A DNA stretch of 64,000 nt from an uncultured delta proteobacterium (GTDB lineage Bacteria; Desulfobacterota; Binatia; JACPRU01). The stretch lies in NCBI GenBank assembly GCA_963745025.1, contig CAVUWD010000009.1, positions 1 through 64,000 of the forward strand. Reading direction: 5' to 3'. Both the position numbers and the translations under genes were made by a program. The notes below the pieces were generated by a model. That model saw nothing but the letters and a program-made list of their open reading frames with translations. It searched no databases and had not been told where the DNA came from. Below are positions 38,752-49,479 of this stretch, one piece after another. Numbering within the stretch: position 1 is the stretch's first letter; each line of letters starts with the position of its first letter.

Positions 38752-39021
38752 CTCCCTGAGGCCTCCTGCACGACTCTTAGACCAGGGGTGCGAGCATGTT
38801 CAATGCGGCATTCGCCATAGGTTACGCCGCGCGCGGCTACTGTTCCACCGATCCAGAAACACTCCTCTATACGACGATCAATTTTGGCACGCTTAGACTG
38901 CAGCAGGCCGCCCAAATTCCCATCAATGGGACTTTGGCTCCTCCCTCGGCAACATATTCCCGCTCCGGCCTTTCGCCGGCGAGCAACCTCCACGGGTCGT
39001 GCTAACTTAACTTCGTCAGCG

Positions 39022-40326
39022 ATGGACGAGATCACGGTCACCATCGATTCCCTGGCCTACGGCATCTTCGGCGTCGCGCGCACCGACCACGGCGTCGTGT
39101 TCGTTCCCGGTGTCGCGCCCGGAGAGGTCGTCCGCGTGCGCATCGTCGAGGACAAGCGCGACTATCGAGAGGCCGAGCTTCTCGAGATTCTCGAGCCCTC
39201 ACCCGCGCGCCGGATACCGCCTTGCCCGTATGTCCCGGAGTGTGGCGGCTGCGCCTGGCAGCATCTCGACTACCCGGCCCAGCTCGAGGCCAAGGAGTCG
39301 ATCCTGCGGCAAACACTCGCGCGCATCGGCGGTTTCGACGGCGCCTCGCTCGACGTCCGTCCGATCCTCGCGTCGCCGCAATGGGCATACCGTCATCGGC
39401 TGACGCTCCGCGTGGATGGGGAGCAGCGCCTGGGTTTCTACCAACACCGGTCGCACCGGTTGGTCGAGATCGCCGGCTGCCAGATTGCGGATGAAGCCGT
39501 GAACGCCCATCTCGGCGTCGCCCGCGAGTGGCTGCGCGGAGTGTCGACTACGGTGCGCCGCCTCGAGATCGCCTCGGCGCGAGACCGGCGCGTCGTTTTC
39601 GTCGGCAATGCCGAAGGCGCCTTTCGCCACGACGACGCCTACCACGAGAAGTTTCTGCGCGCTCACCCGACGGTCGGCGGGATCGTGCTCTTCGGCAAGG
39701 GCTGGCGGCGCACGTTCGGCAAGCCGGTCGTCGATCTCGAGATCGACGGTGACCTCGTCCTCGAGAGCCAGGGCGGGTTCACCCAGGTGAATCCGCAGGC
39801 GAACCGCCGATTGGTCGAGACGGTGCTCGACCTCGCCGCGCCGAACGAGCGGGATCGCGTCCTCGATCTCTACTGCGGGGCCGGCAACTTCACGCTGCCG
39901 CTCGCGCGTCGGGTCCGCGAGGTGCTCGGCGTGGAAGCCGATCCCGCGAGCGTCGCCCAGGCGCGCCGCAACGCCGACCGCTCTCGGCTGACGAACTGCC
40001 GCTTCGTGGAGCGGGAGTCGGGAGCCGCCGCACGCGGGCTCGCCGCTTCCCGCGACCGCTTCTCGCTCGTCGTCCTCGACCCGCCCCGCTCTGGCGCCCC
40101 GGACGTCGTCGAGCATCTCCCCGCGCTGGCCAGCGATCGACTGGTCTACGTTTCCTGCAATCCCGCGACACTCGCCCGCGATCTCCGCCGCCTCACCCGG
40201 CTCGGCTTCACGCTCGGCCCCATCCAGCCGATCGATCTCTTCCCGCAGACCTACCACGTCGAGGCGGTGGTCCGCCTCGACCGCGACGCCGCGCCTCCGG
40301 CTTTGCCGGTCGCCGGTCGCGGGTAA
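39022..40326 (+). CDS. rlmD: 23S rRNA (uracil-5-)-methyltransferase RlmD/TrmA family (TRAM domain)
   Basis: TRAM N-terminus, CPYVPECGGCAWQH Fe-S motif, FTQVN, LDLYCGAGNF, LDPPRSG, YVSCNPATLARD, DLFPQTYHVE. Confidence 0.9.
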   Translation: MDEITVTIDSLAYGIFGVARTDHGVVFVPGVAPGEVVRVRIVEDKRDYREAELLEILEPSPARRIPPCPYVPECGGCAWQHLDYPAQLEAKESILRQTLARIGGFDGASLDVRPILASPQWAYRHRLTLRVDGEQRLGFYQHRSHRLVEIAGCQIADEAVNAHLGVAREWLRGVSTTVRRLEIASARDRRVVFVGNAEGAFRHDDAYHEKFLRAHPTVGGIVLFGKGWRRTFGKPVVDLEIDGDLVLESQGGFTQVNPQANRRLVETVLDLAAPNERDRVLDLYCGAGNFTLPLARRVREVLGVEADPASVAQARRNADRSRLTNCRFVERESGAAARGLAASRDRFSLVVLDPPRSGAPDVVEHLPALASDRLVYVSCNPATLARDLRRLTRLGFTLGPIQPIDLFPQTYHVEAVVRLDRDAAPPALPVAGRG

Positions 40327-40333
40327 CCGTCTT

Positions 40334-41528
<1,195 letters not shown>

Positions 41529-41649
41529 TCTCCACCTCCGTGAAAACGTTGTTCACCCCCGACCCGCCCCACCCAATCGTCTTCGAGTCGCCGGACCACC
41601 CGGCGGCTCGTCGGTAGCCTCTCGCAGTCACAACGCCGCTTCCGCATCA

Positions 41650-42897
41650 TCAGAAGATCTCTCGAAACAGCTCGTTCACGCGGTGCCGCATACGGGTCCA
41701 GAAATGTCCGCCGTGGTTCCCGTTGGCGGCCGAGCGACGAAGTCCGTAGAGGATGAGCCCGACGCCGGTCGCATACATCGGGCTCGACACGACGTCGGCG
41801 AGCCCACCCACGGACAGCGGAACACCGAGGCGGACGGGCAGATGGAAGACCTGCTCGGCGAGCTCGGGAACGCCTTCGAGCACCGTCGACCCGCCGGTCA
41901 CGACGACTCCCGAGCCGAGGATGTCCTCGTAGCCCGAGCGCGCCACCTCGCGCGCCACCAGCGCGAAGATCTCCTCGACGCGCGGCTCGATGATCTCGGC
42001 GAGGATGTGCCGCGACAGGACCCGCGGGCTGCGGCCGCCGACGCTCGGCACCTCGATGGTCTCGGTCCGCGCCACCATGTTGGAGAGCGCGCAGCCGAAG
42101 CGCTGCTTGATCTTCTCCGCATCGGCGAACGGCGTGCGGAGCCCGGTGGCGATGTCGTTGGTCAGATGGTTGCCGCCGATCGGCAGCACTGCCGTGTGCT
42201 TCACCGCGCCGTTGTGGAACACCACGATGTCGGTCGTCCCGCCGCCGACGTCGACCAAGGCGACGCCGAGCTCCCGCTCCTCCGGCGTGACCACCGCCTC
42301 GGCCGCCGCAAGCGGCTCGAGCACGAGGTCGGCGACGTGCAGTCCGCTTCGCTCGCAGCACTTGACGACGTTCTGGGTCGAGGTGACCGAGGCCGTGATG
42401 ATGTGCACCTTGGATTCGAGCCGCACGCCGGCCATGCCGATCGGCTGCTTGATGCCATCCTGATCGTCGACCACGAACTCCTGGGGCAGCACGTGCACGA
42501 CCTGCCGATCCATCGGCAACGCGACGGCCCGCGCGGCGTCGAGCACTCGCTCGACGTCGCCGGAGCTCACCTCGGTCGCCTTCACGGCGACGACGCCGTG
42601 GCTGTTGAAACCCTTCACGTGCGCGCCGGCGATGCCCGTGTAGACACTGTGGATCTCGCAGCCGGCCATCAGCTCGGCTTCCGCGACGGCCTTGCGAATC
42701 GACTCGACCGTGGCGTCGATGTTGACGACCACTCCCTTGCGAAGGCCGCTCGACGGCGCGGTACCGATGCCGACGATCTCCACGCCTCGGCCACCATTAC
42801 CGACCCCGGCCCCGTTCTCGCCGATCTCGGCCACGACCGCCGAGATCTTGTACGTGCCGATGTCGAGACCAACGATCAGAGGAGAACGCTTCGCCAT
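41650..42897 (-). CDS. ftsA: Cell division protein FtsA
   Basis: IVGLDIGTYK, GLRKGVVVNI, VDVGGGTTD, IIEPRVEEI, YATGVGL. Confidence 0.96.
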   Translation of the reverse strand: MAKRSPLIVGLDIGTYKISAVVAEIGENGAGVGNGGRGVEIVGIGTAPSSGLRKGVVVNIDATVESIRKAVAEAELMAGCEIHSVYTGIAGAHVKGFNSHGVVAVKATEVSSGDVERVLDAARAVALPMDRQVVHVLPQEFVVDDQDGIKQPIGMAGVRLESKVHIITASVTSTQNVVKCCERSGLHVADLVLEPLAAAEAVVTPEERELGVALVDVGGGTTDIVVFHNGAVKHTAVLPIGGNHLTNDIATGLRTPFADAEKIKQRFGCALSNMVARTETIEVPSVGGRSPRVLSRHILAEIIEPRVEEIFALVAREVARSGYEDILGSGVVVTGGSTVLEGVPELAEQVFHLPVRLGVPLSVGGLADVVSSPMYATGVGLILYGLRRSAANGNHGGHFWTRMRHRVNELFREIF

Positions 42898-42898
42898 C

Positions 42899-43825
42899 TC
42901 AAATGACCGTCTTTCCGAGCACCCTCGGGCTTCTCGCCGCTGACGAGAGGTCGGCGCGGAGGATCCGAGCATCCCGTCCGCCGTTCGGATGCGAACGCGG
43001 CCGACCGATTGGGGGGCCCGCTACGCGGGCCGGAGCCAGGTGAGCGGGCGCCGCCTTGCTGCGGCGCTGCAGCTTCAGCACCGCCTGTCCCGGCAGCGAG
43101 AGATCGATCGCCGCGACCTGCGCTTCTCGGCCGCGCCAGAGCTCCAGCACCGCCGCGAGTCGGGCGAAGTCCTCCGCCTTCGCTTCGGTCGCGAAGCGCA
43201 CCGCCAGCCGGGTGCCGGCCGCGAACACCACCAATTCCTCTCCGTCGAGGCGGATTTCGGAAATCGCCGGCCACTCCGCATGCGCCTGCCAGAGCGCGAC
43301 CAGCCGCGCAGCCTCGCGGAGCCGGTTGCCGCCGTCCGAGGAGGCCCGTTCCATTGCGGAAACGCCCGTGACGTAGGGCAGCCCATCGACCGCTTCGCCG
43401 TCGAGAGCCGGGAAGACCGCTCCGTCGCCCGCCACAAGGAGCGGACGATTGGCGAGGAGAATCGCCACAGGGCGACGCTCTTCCACGTGGACGCGGACCC
43501 GGTTCGGCAGCGTACGCTCGAGCGACGCTTCGCGAATGCGCGGGTGGGCGAGCAGACGTCCCTCCGCTTCGGTCGCGTGCACGCTCCAGATGCTCATCCC
43601 TGGGGCAAGCCCTGCCCACGCGACGAGCGTCTTCGGATCAACGCGACCGCCCGCCGCGACATCGATCTCGCGCAGCGCGAAGTAGGGATGGGCCTTGGCC
43701 CAGGCGAGCGCTCGCTCGGCGGCAACGGCCGCGGCGCCCAACGCGACGAGCGCGAGGAGCCCCCGCGCCGTTCCGCGCAGAACGGCGATTCCGAGGCGAG
43801 TTCCGCGTCGACGGTTCTTCTTCAC
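42899..43825 (-). CDS. ftsQ: Cell division protein FtsQ/DivIB
   Basis: N-terminal TM, POTRA (HPRIREASLERTLPNRVRVHVEERRP), AIDLS; position in dcw. Confidence 0.88.
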   Translation of the reverse strand: MKKNRRRGTRLGIAVLRGTARGLLALVALGAAAVAAERALAWAKAHPYFALREIDVAAGGRVDPKTLVAWAGLAPGMSIWSVHATEAEGRLLAHPRIREASLERTLPNRVRVHVEERRPVAILLANRPLLVAGDGAVFPALDGEAVDGLPYVTGVSAMERASSDGGNRLREAARLVALWQAHAEWPAISEIRLDGEELVVFAAGTRLAVRFATEAKAEDFARLAAVLELWRGREAQVAAIDLSLPGQAVLKLQRRSKAAPAHLAPARVAGPPIGRPRSHPNGGRDARILRADLSSAARSPRVLGKTVI

Positions 43826-44766
43826 GGGTTCTGCGACTCCTTCAGCTTGACGCTCGCCCCGTCGAGGATCGTCTCCACGAGGTCGGGGTAGGCGATGCCG
43901 ACGTGCACCGCCATCTTCGGCAAGTAGGAGAGATTGGTCAGCCCGGGGAGAGTGTTGATCTCGATCAGGAACGGACTCTCGTGCGCGTCGACGCGGAAAT
44001 CCACGCGCGAATAGCTCTCCGCGCCGATCGCGCGATGTGCCTCGAGGGCGAGCTCCAGGACGCGGTCGTATGCCCGCTTCGACAGCGGCGCGGGAAGCAG
44101 GAACTGCTCCTTGCCGGGTATGTATTTGACGTCGTAGCTGTGGAAGTCGCCCTCGGGCACGACCTCCATCGCGCAGAGCGCACGCGTGCCGAGGATCGCG
44201 ACCGTCACTTCCTTTCCCGCGACGTAACGCTCGACGAGCACCCGGCCACCAAACGCGCGGGCTTTGGTGATCGCCGACAAGAGCCTCGGTCGCTCGCGCA
44301 CGATCGACACCCCGATACTCGAGCCTTCTGCACCCGGCTTGACCACCAGCGGCAGCTTCGCGGGCAGCGCAATGGAAGCGCCGATCGTCTCGCCGGGATC
44401 GACCGGCCGCCATTCCGGCGTGGGCAAGCCGACGCTCTGCCACACTCGCTTGCAGGCGATCTTGTCCATGCCGAGCGCGCTCGCCAGCACCCCGGATCCG
44501 GTGTACGGGATGCCCATCACCTCGAGCAGGCCCTGCACGCATCCGTCCTCGCCGTAGCGTCCGTGCAGCGCGTTGAAGACGACGTCGATGCGAGCCGTGG
44601 CGAGCCGCGCGGGAAGATCGTGCCCCGCGCGGATCACCGAGACGTTGTAGCCGCGCTCCGAGAGCACGCGCGCGACCGACTCGCCCGTCATCTGCGAGAT
44701 TTCACGCTCGGCCGACATCCCGCCGAGGACCACCGCCACCCGCTTGCGTCGAAATTGACCTCTCAC
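43822..44766 (-). CDS. ddl: D-alanine--D-alanine ligase
   Basis: GGMSAEREIS, NALHGRYGEDG, YTGSGVLASALGMDK, EGSSIG, EINTLPG. Confidence 0.95.
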   Translation of the reverse strand: MRGQFRRKRVAVVLGGMSAEREISQMTGESVARVLSERGYNVSVIRAGHDLPARLATARIDVVFNALHGRYGEDGCVQGLLEVMGIPYTGSGVLASALGMDKIACKRVWQSVGLPTPEWRPVDPGETIGASIALPAKLPLVVKPGAEGSSIGVSIVRERPRLLSAITKARAFGGRVLVERYVAGKEVTVAILGTRALCAMEVVPEGDFHSYDVKYIPGKEQFLLPAPLSKRAYDRVLELALEAHRAIGAESYSRVDFRVDAHESPFLIEINTLPGLTNLSYLPKMAVHVGIAYPDLVETILDGASVKLKESQNP

Positions 44767-45725
44767 CAGTCCCCCACGAGCTTCACTTCCGCCTGAAGCC
44801 GGATCCCCGAGCGCGCGCCGACGCGCTCGCGCATCTCCTCCATGAGCGAGCGCACATCTTCGGCCGTTGCGCCGCCCTGGTTGACGATGAAGTTCGCATG
44901 CCGCTCCGAAACTCGCGCGCCGCCGCGCTCGAGACCCTTGACGCCCGCTTCCTCCAGCAGATGTCCCGCGAAGGCACCCGGCGGATTCTTGAAGATCGAG
45001 CCGGCGTTGGGAAAGCCGAGCGGTTGACCTTTCTTGCGCTTCTCGCGCGCGGCCGCGACACGGGCCTCCATTTCGGCGGCGTCGCCGCGATCGAGGCGCA
45101 AGCGGACTCCGGTGATGACCCAACCAGGCGGAAGCTCGAGCCTCCGGTATTCGAAGGCGAGCCGCGCGCGCGGTAGCTCTTCGATTCGCCCATCGGGATG
45201 AACGCCCTCGAGGCGTTCGACGACGCGCCCGATCTCGCCACCGAACGCGCCGGCGTTCATGGTGAGGCCGCCACCGAGCGAGCCGGGAATCCCTTCGCCG
45301 AACTCGAGGCCTGCGAAGCCCCGCTCGACGGCATCGTAGACGAGCCTCTTGAATGACACGGCCGCGCCGGCGCGGACGGTCGCCTGCTCGCCCATGACCG
45401 CCCACTCCACGAACCGAAAGCCGCGGCCGAGATGCACGACGATGCCGCGCACGCCACGATCGGAGACGAGCACGTTGGTCCCGCTGCCGAGGATGAACAC
45501 TGGCAAGCCCGCGCCGGCGAGCGCGAAGAGGTCGGACAGCTCGCCGACACTCTCGACGTCGACCCATGCGTCGGCGGGGCCGCCGATGCGGAACGAGGTG
45601 TGCCGCGACAGCGGCTCGTCGAAGCGCGCCCGCGCGCCGAAGCGCTCGGCGAGCGCCGCGCGCAGCGTCGCGCCGAAGCGGGGGGCCGCTTCGGGCCCGT
45701 CTTGTCGGAGAACGACCGTCATCAT
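44763..45725 (-). CDS. murB: UDP-N-acetylmuramate dehydrogenase
   Basis: HTSFRIGGPA, GSGTNVL, GIPGSLGG..MNAGA, QP..PNAGSIFKNP, HANFIVN. Confidence 0.95.
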   Translation of the reverse strand: MMTVVLRQDGPEAAPRFGATLRAALAERFGARARFDEPLSRHTSFRIGGPADAWVDVESVGELSDLFALAGAGLPVFILGSGTNVLVSDRGVRGIVVHLGRGFRFVEWAVMGEQATVRAGAAVSFKRLVYDAVERGFAGLEFGEGIPGSLGGGLTMNAGAFGGEIGRVVERLEGVHPDGRIEELPRARLAFEYRRLELPPGWVITGVRLRLDRGDAAEMEARVAAAREKRKKGQPLGFPNAGSIFKNPPGAFAGHLLEEAGVKGLERGGARVSERHANFIVNQGGATAEDVRSLMEEMRERVGARSGIRLQAEVKLVGDW

Positions 45726-47119
45726 ACGACTCGCAACCCCGAGCCGCGGATCTTGAGCTTCTGCATGACCTCTTCGCCCGTTTTGGTGATGTCACCGGCG
45801 CCGAGCACTACGAGCAGGTCGCCGGGCCGCAGCGCCTCGAGGAGCGCCGCCGTGAGCGCTTCACGGTTCGGCCGATACTCGACGTCGAGGTGGCCGCGGC
45901 GGCGCAGCGCCTGGAAGAGCAATTCCCCCGAGACGCCTTCGATGCGCTCCTCCCCGGCCGGGTAGATCTCGGTCAGAAAAAGCTTCTCGGCGTCGTCGAA
46001 GGCGCTCAAGAAATCGTTGAAGAGGTCGCGCGTGCGCGTGAACCGGTGCGGCTGGAACGCCACGACGAGGCGGCGGTCGAAGCCCTCGCGCGCCGCGCGC
46101 AGCGTGGCGCGCACTTCCTCGGGATGGTGACCGTAGTCGTCGACGACGAGGATGCTGCTCACCTCGCCGAGGACCTCGAAGCGGCGGTGGATGCCGCCGA
46201 ACTGAGCGAGCGCCTGGCGCACGGTCGCGAACGAAACGCCGACCTCGCAGGCGGCGATCGCGGCCGCGAGCGCATTCAGCGCGTAATGGCGGCCGGGCAT
46301 CTGCAGCTCGACCGGTCCGTAGCTCGTGTTGCCGTGGCGGACGTCGAAGCGCGTGACCAGGCCGTTGACCGACACGTTGCTGGCCACCCAGTCGGCGTCG
46401 GGGCTCGTGCCGTAGGTGACGTACGGCTTGCGCACCTGCGGCAGCAGCGCACGAACGCGCGGATGGTCCAGGCAAAGGATCGCCCGCCCGTAGAAGGGCA
46501 CGCGGTGGATGAAGGAGAGAAACGCCTCCTCCACCGCCTCGATGGTGCGGAAGTGGTCGAGGTGCTCGGGGTCGATGTTGGTGACGATCGCAACCGTCGG
46601 CGAGAGCATGAGGAAGCTGCCGTCGCTCTCGTCGGCCTCGGCGACGAGAATCTTCCCCTGACCGAGCCGCGCGTTCGTGCCGAGCGCGCGAAGCTTGCCG
46701 CCGATGACGACCGTCGGATCGAGTCCGGCGCGCGCCAACACCTCGGCGATGAACGAAGTCGTCGTCGTCTTTCCGTGCGTCCCGGCCACGGCGATTCCGA
46801 ACTTCATGCGCATCAGCTCCGCGAGCATCTCCGCCCGCGGAATCACCGGGATGCGCAGCTCGCGGGCACGCGCGACCTCGGGATTCGACATCTTGACCGC
46901 CGAGGAGATGACCACGACGTCGATCGCCTCTGGCACGTTCCCGGGGGAATGGCCGATCAGTACCGCCGCACCGAGCCTCGCGAGCCGCCGCGTGGTCTCC
47001 GAATCGGCCTGGTCGGAACCGCTGACGATGTATCCCATGTTGAGGAGAACCTCGGCGATGCCGCTCATGCCGATGCCGCCGATGCCGACGAAGTGGACGT
47101 GGTGCTTCTTTTCGAACAT
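45722..47119 (-). CDS. murC: UDP-N-acetylmuramate--L-alanine ligase
   Basis: HFVGIGGIGMSG, AGTHGKTTTT, EADESDGSF, DDYGHHP, FQPHRFTRT. Confidence 0.96.
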   Translation of the reverse strand: MFEKKHHVHFVGIGGIGMSGIAEVLLNMGYIVSGSDQADSETTRRLARLGAAVLIGHSPGNVPEAIDVVVISSAVKMSNPEVARARELRIPVIPRAEMLAELMRMKFGIAVAGTHGKTTTTSFIAEVLARAGLDPTVVIGGKLRALGTNARLGQGKILVAEADESDGSFLMLSPTVAIVTNIDPEHLDHFRTIEAVEEAFLSFIHRVPFYGRAILCLDHPRVRALLPQVRKPYVTYGTSPDADWVASNVSVNGLVTRFDVRHGNTSYGPVELQMPGRHYALNALAAAIAACEVGVSFATVRQALAQFGGIHRRFEVLGEVSSILVVDDYGHHPEEVRATLRAAREGFDRRLVVAFQPHRFTRTRDLFNDFLSAFDDAEKLFLTEIYPAGEERIEGVSGELLFQALRRRGHLDVEYRPNREALTAALLEALRPGDLLVVLGAGDITKTGEEVMQKLKIRGSGLRVV

Positions 47120-47121
47120 GT

Positions 47122-48225
47122 CTACGCTGCGCCCCGCCGCTGGTTTTGGATCAGTTCCAGGCAGACGTCGACTACCCGTTCGGCCGCGTCCGGTCGCCCG
47201 AGGGTGCGCGCGGCGCGCGCCATCGCCGCGAGGCGCTCGGGCTCGGCGCGTAAACTTGCGAGCGCCTGCGAAAGATTTGCCGCGGAAAGCTCGCGATCGA
47301 GGATCATCATCGCCGCCCCGCGCGCGACCAGGGATTCCGCGTTCTTCCGCTGATGGTCATCCGCAGCGTACGGATAGGGCACCAGCAGGGCCGGCTTGCC
47401 GAGAGCGGTCAGCTCGGCGAGCGTCGTCGCGCCGGCGCGACAAACGACGACGTCGGCGGCAGCGTACGCCGTCGCCATATCATCGATAAACGGTCGCACG
47501 TCGGCCTCGATCTCGTGCTCGCCGTAGCGGCCTCGCACCGACTCGAAGTCCGCTTCCCCGGTCTGATGGACGATGTGGAGACCGCTCCGCTCGAGACGCG
47601 CCACCGCCTCGACGCCGATCTCGTTCAGGCGGTGGGCACCGGCGCTGCCGCCGAAGATCAGTATCGAGAAGCCTTCGCGTCGCTCGGCCCTCTGCTCCGC
47701 GGGTGGCCGCACCGGGTTTCCGGTCTGAATCGTATGATTCTTTGGGAAGTATTCCACGCTCTCGGGAAACGAAACGCAGACGCGGTCCGCGAAGTGCGCG
47801 AGCACCCGGTTGGTGAGGCCCGGGTGTGCGTTCTGCTCGAGGAGAACGATCGGGATTCGGCGCGACCGGCCGGCCACCACGACCGGTCCCGAAGCATAGC
47901 CTCCAACGCCGATCAGCAGGTCGGGCCGGATCTCGCCGAGCAGGCGCCAGGCCGAGATCAGGCTCCCCGGCAGCCGGAGCGCCGAACTCGCGAGCCCGAG
48001 GAGCCCCTGGCCGCGCAGGGCGCGAACAGGCAGGGTCCGCAGGGGGTAGCCGCGCTTGGCGACCACGCGCGTCTCGATGCCGCGCGAGCTGCCGACGAAG
48101 ACGACACGGGACGGCCTTCGCCGGACGAGAACATCTGCAACCGCGAGCCCGGGGAAGAGATGGCCCCCCGTACCGCCGCCCGCGACGATCACGCGTAGAA
48201 TCCCTTGATCATTGGCTTCGTTCAT
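47122..48225 (-). CDS. murG: Lipid I N-acetylglucosaminyltransferase MurG
   Basis: AGGGTGGHLFP, GGYAS, EQNAHPG, TGNPVR, GGSAGA, RAGATT, HQRKNA. Confidence 0.96.
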   Translation of the reverse strand: MNEANDQGILRVIVAGGGTGGHLFPGLAVADVLVRRRPSRVVFVGSSRGIETRVVAKRGYPLRTLPVRALRGQGLLGLASSALRLPGSLISAWRLLGEIRPDLLIGVGGYASGPVVVAGRSRRIPIVLLEQNAHPGLTNRVLAHFADRVCVSFPESVEYFPKNHTIQTGNPVRPPAEQRAERREGFSILIFGGSAGAHRLNEIGVEAVARLERSGLHIVHQTGEADFESVRGRYGEHEIEADVRPFIDDMATAYAAADVVVCRAGATTLAELTALGKPALLVPYPYAADDHQRKNAESLVARGAAMMILDRELSAANLSQALASLRAEPERLAAMARAARTLGRPDAAERVVDVCLELIQNQRRGAA

Positions 48226-48232
48226 TTTCCAG

Positions 48233-48311
48233 GGCAATCGGCATTCGGCCGCCAGGCCACCACCGCTCAACGACTTGCCGTACGCCGACAGCCGATTGCC
48301 GATTGCCGAAA
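48233..48311. repeat. Heptamer-repeat hairpin (GGCAATC/GCCGATT type) inside the dcw operon
   Basis: ggcaatc ggcattc ggc pairs with gccgatt gccgatt gcc (1 mismatch in 17), between ftsW and murG. Confidence 0.7.
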
Positions 48312-48318
48312 GAGTCTT

Positions 48319-49479
48319 TCATGCCGCCTCGCGCGCTACGCTCAAGAGAATTCCGATCTCCAGCATGTTTGTGACCAATGCCGATCCTCCATAACTGAGA
48401 AACGGTAACGCGAGCCCCTTGGTGGGCAGTAGCCCGACGGTGACGGCCATGTTCACGCCGGCCTGGAGAACGATCATCGACGTAAGCCCGAGAGCCAGAT
48501 TCGCCGCGTAGGGATCGACGTGCCGCGCGGCGAGCCTGAGGCCCGCGACAGCGAGCGAGCCGAAGGTCGCCAGAACGGACAGTGTACCGACCAATCCGAG
48601 CTCCTCGCCGATGACCGCGAAGACGAAGTCCGTATGCGCCTCGGGCAGGTAGAACATCTTCTGACGCCCGGCGCCGAGCCCGACGCCGAAGGCACCACCC
48701 GCGCCGAAGGCGAGGAGCGATTGGACCAGCTGAAACCCGCTTCGCTGCGCGTCGCGCCACGGGTCGAGGAAGCTCGTCAGCCGCTGCCAGCGATAGCTCG
48801 CGGTCACGGCTCCGAAGATCGCGAACGGCGCGACCAGCGAAGCGGTCAAGACGAGGTGCGCCCAGCGGGCGCCATTGGCGATCAGCATGACGAACAGAAC
48901 GATGGCGAGCAGCACCGCGGTCCCGAAGTCGGGCTCGGCGACCACCAGCCCCGCGACGAAGCCGACGAGCACGAGGTGCGGCAGATAGCCGAGCCAGAGC
49001 GATTCCACCCGCTCGCCTTTCTTGGTGAGCGAATGGGCGAGATAGAGGACTGCCGACAGCTTGCCGATCTCCGATGGCTGCAGCGTCAGCAGGCCGAGCT
49101 TCAGCCAGCGGCGAGCGCCGCCCCGTACGACGCCGATGCCGGGCACGAGCACGGCCGTGAGCGCCAAGATCGAGAACAACAGCAGAGGATAGGTGGCGCG
49201 CCGCAGCGTGTGGGTTGGAATCCGCCAGCAGACGAGCATGGCGAGAGCGCCGAGCGCCATCGCCGCCAGGTGCTTGCGGGCGAAGAGATACGGATCGCCG
49301 AAGTGTTCTTGGGCGTAGAAATAACTCGTGTTGAGCACCATCACGAAGCCGAGCGCGACGAGCCAAGCGGTGCCGAGCCAGAACACCAGGCCGCCGTTGC
49401 CCGGTTGCAGCACGACCGGCGCGCGACGCGCTTCGGCGTTCCATGCTCGGACCGCGCCGGCCATCCGCATCGTGCTCAC
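48319..49479 (-). CDS. ftsW: Peptidoglycan glycosyltransferase FtsW
   Basis: GARRWL, QPSEIGK, EPDFGT, FLDPW, GFQLVQS, YLPEAHTDF, LPFLSYGGS. Confidence 0.95.
   Translation of the reverse strand: MSTMRMAGAVRAWNAEARRAPVVLQPGNGGLVFWLGTAWLVALGFVMVLNTSYFYAQEHFGDPYLFARKHLAAMALGALAMLVCWRIPTHTLRRATYPLLLFSILALTAVLVPGIGVVRGGARRWLKLGLLTLQPSEIGKLSAVLYLAHSLTKKGERVESLWLGYLPHLVLVGFVAGLVVAEPDFGTAVLLAIVLFVMLIANGARWAHLVLTASLVAPFAIFGAVTASYRWQRLTSFLDPWRDAQRSGFQLVQSLLAFGAGGAFGVGLGAGRQKMFYLPEAHTDFVFAVIGEELGLVGTLSVLATFGSLAVAGLRLAARHVDPYAANLALGLTSMIVLQAGVNMAVTVGLLPTKGLALPFLSYGGSALVTNMLEIGILLSVAREAA

Noticed and set aside
38884-38901. TTGGCACG as a sigma-54 promoter
   Set aside because: The GC dinucleotide lies 12 nt, not 10 nt, after GG, so the -24/-12 spacing is wrong.
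38796-39005. 69-aa ORF in the DLH-rlmD intergenic region
   Set aside because: Atypical codon usage, no RBS or motif, and it overlaps probable promoter elements.
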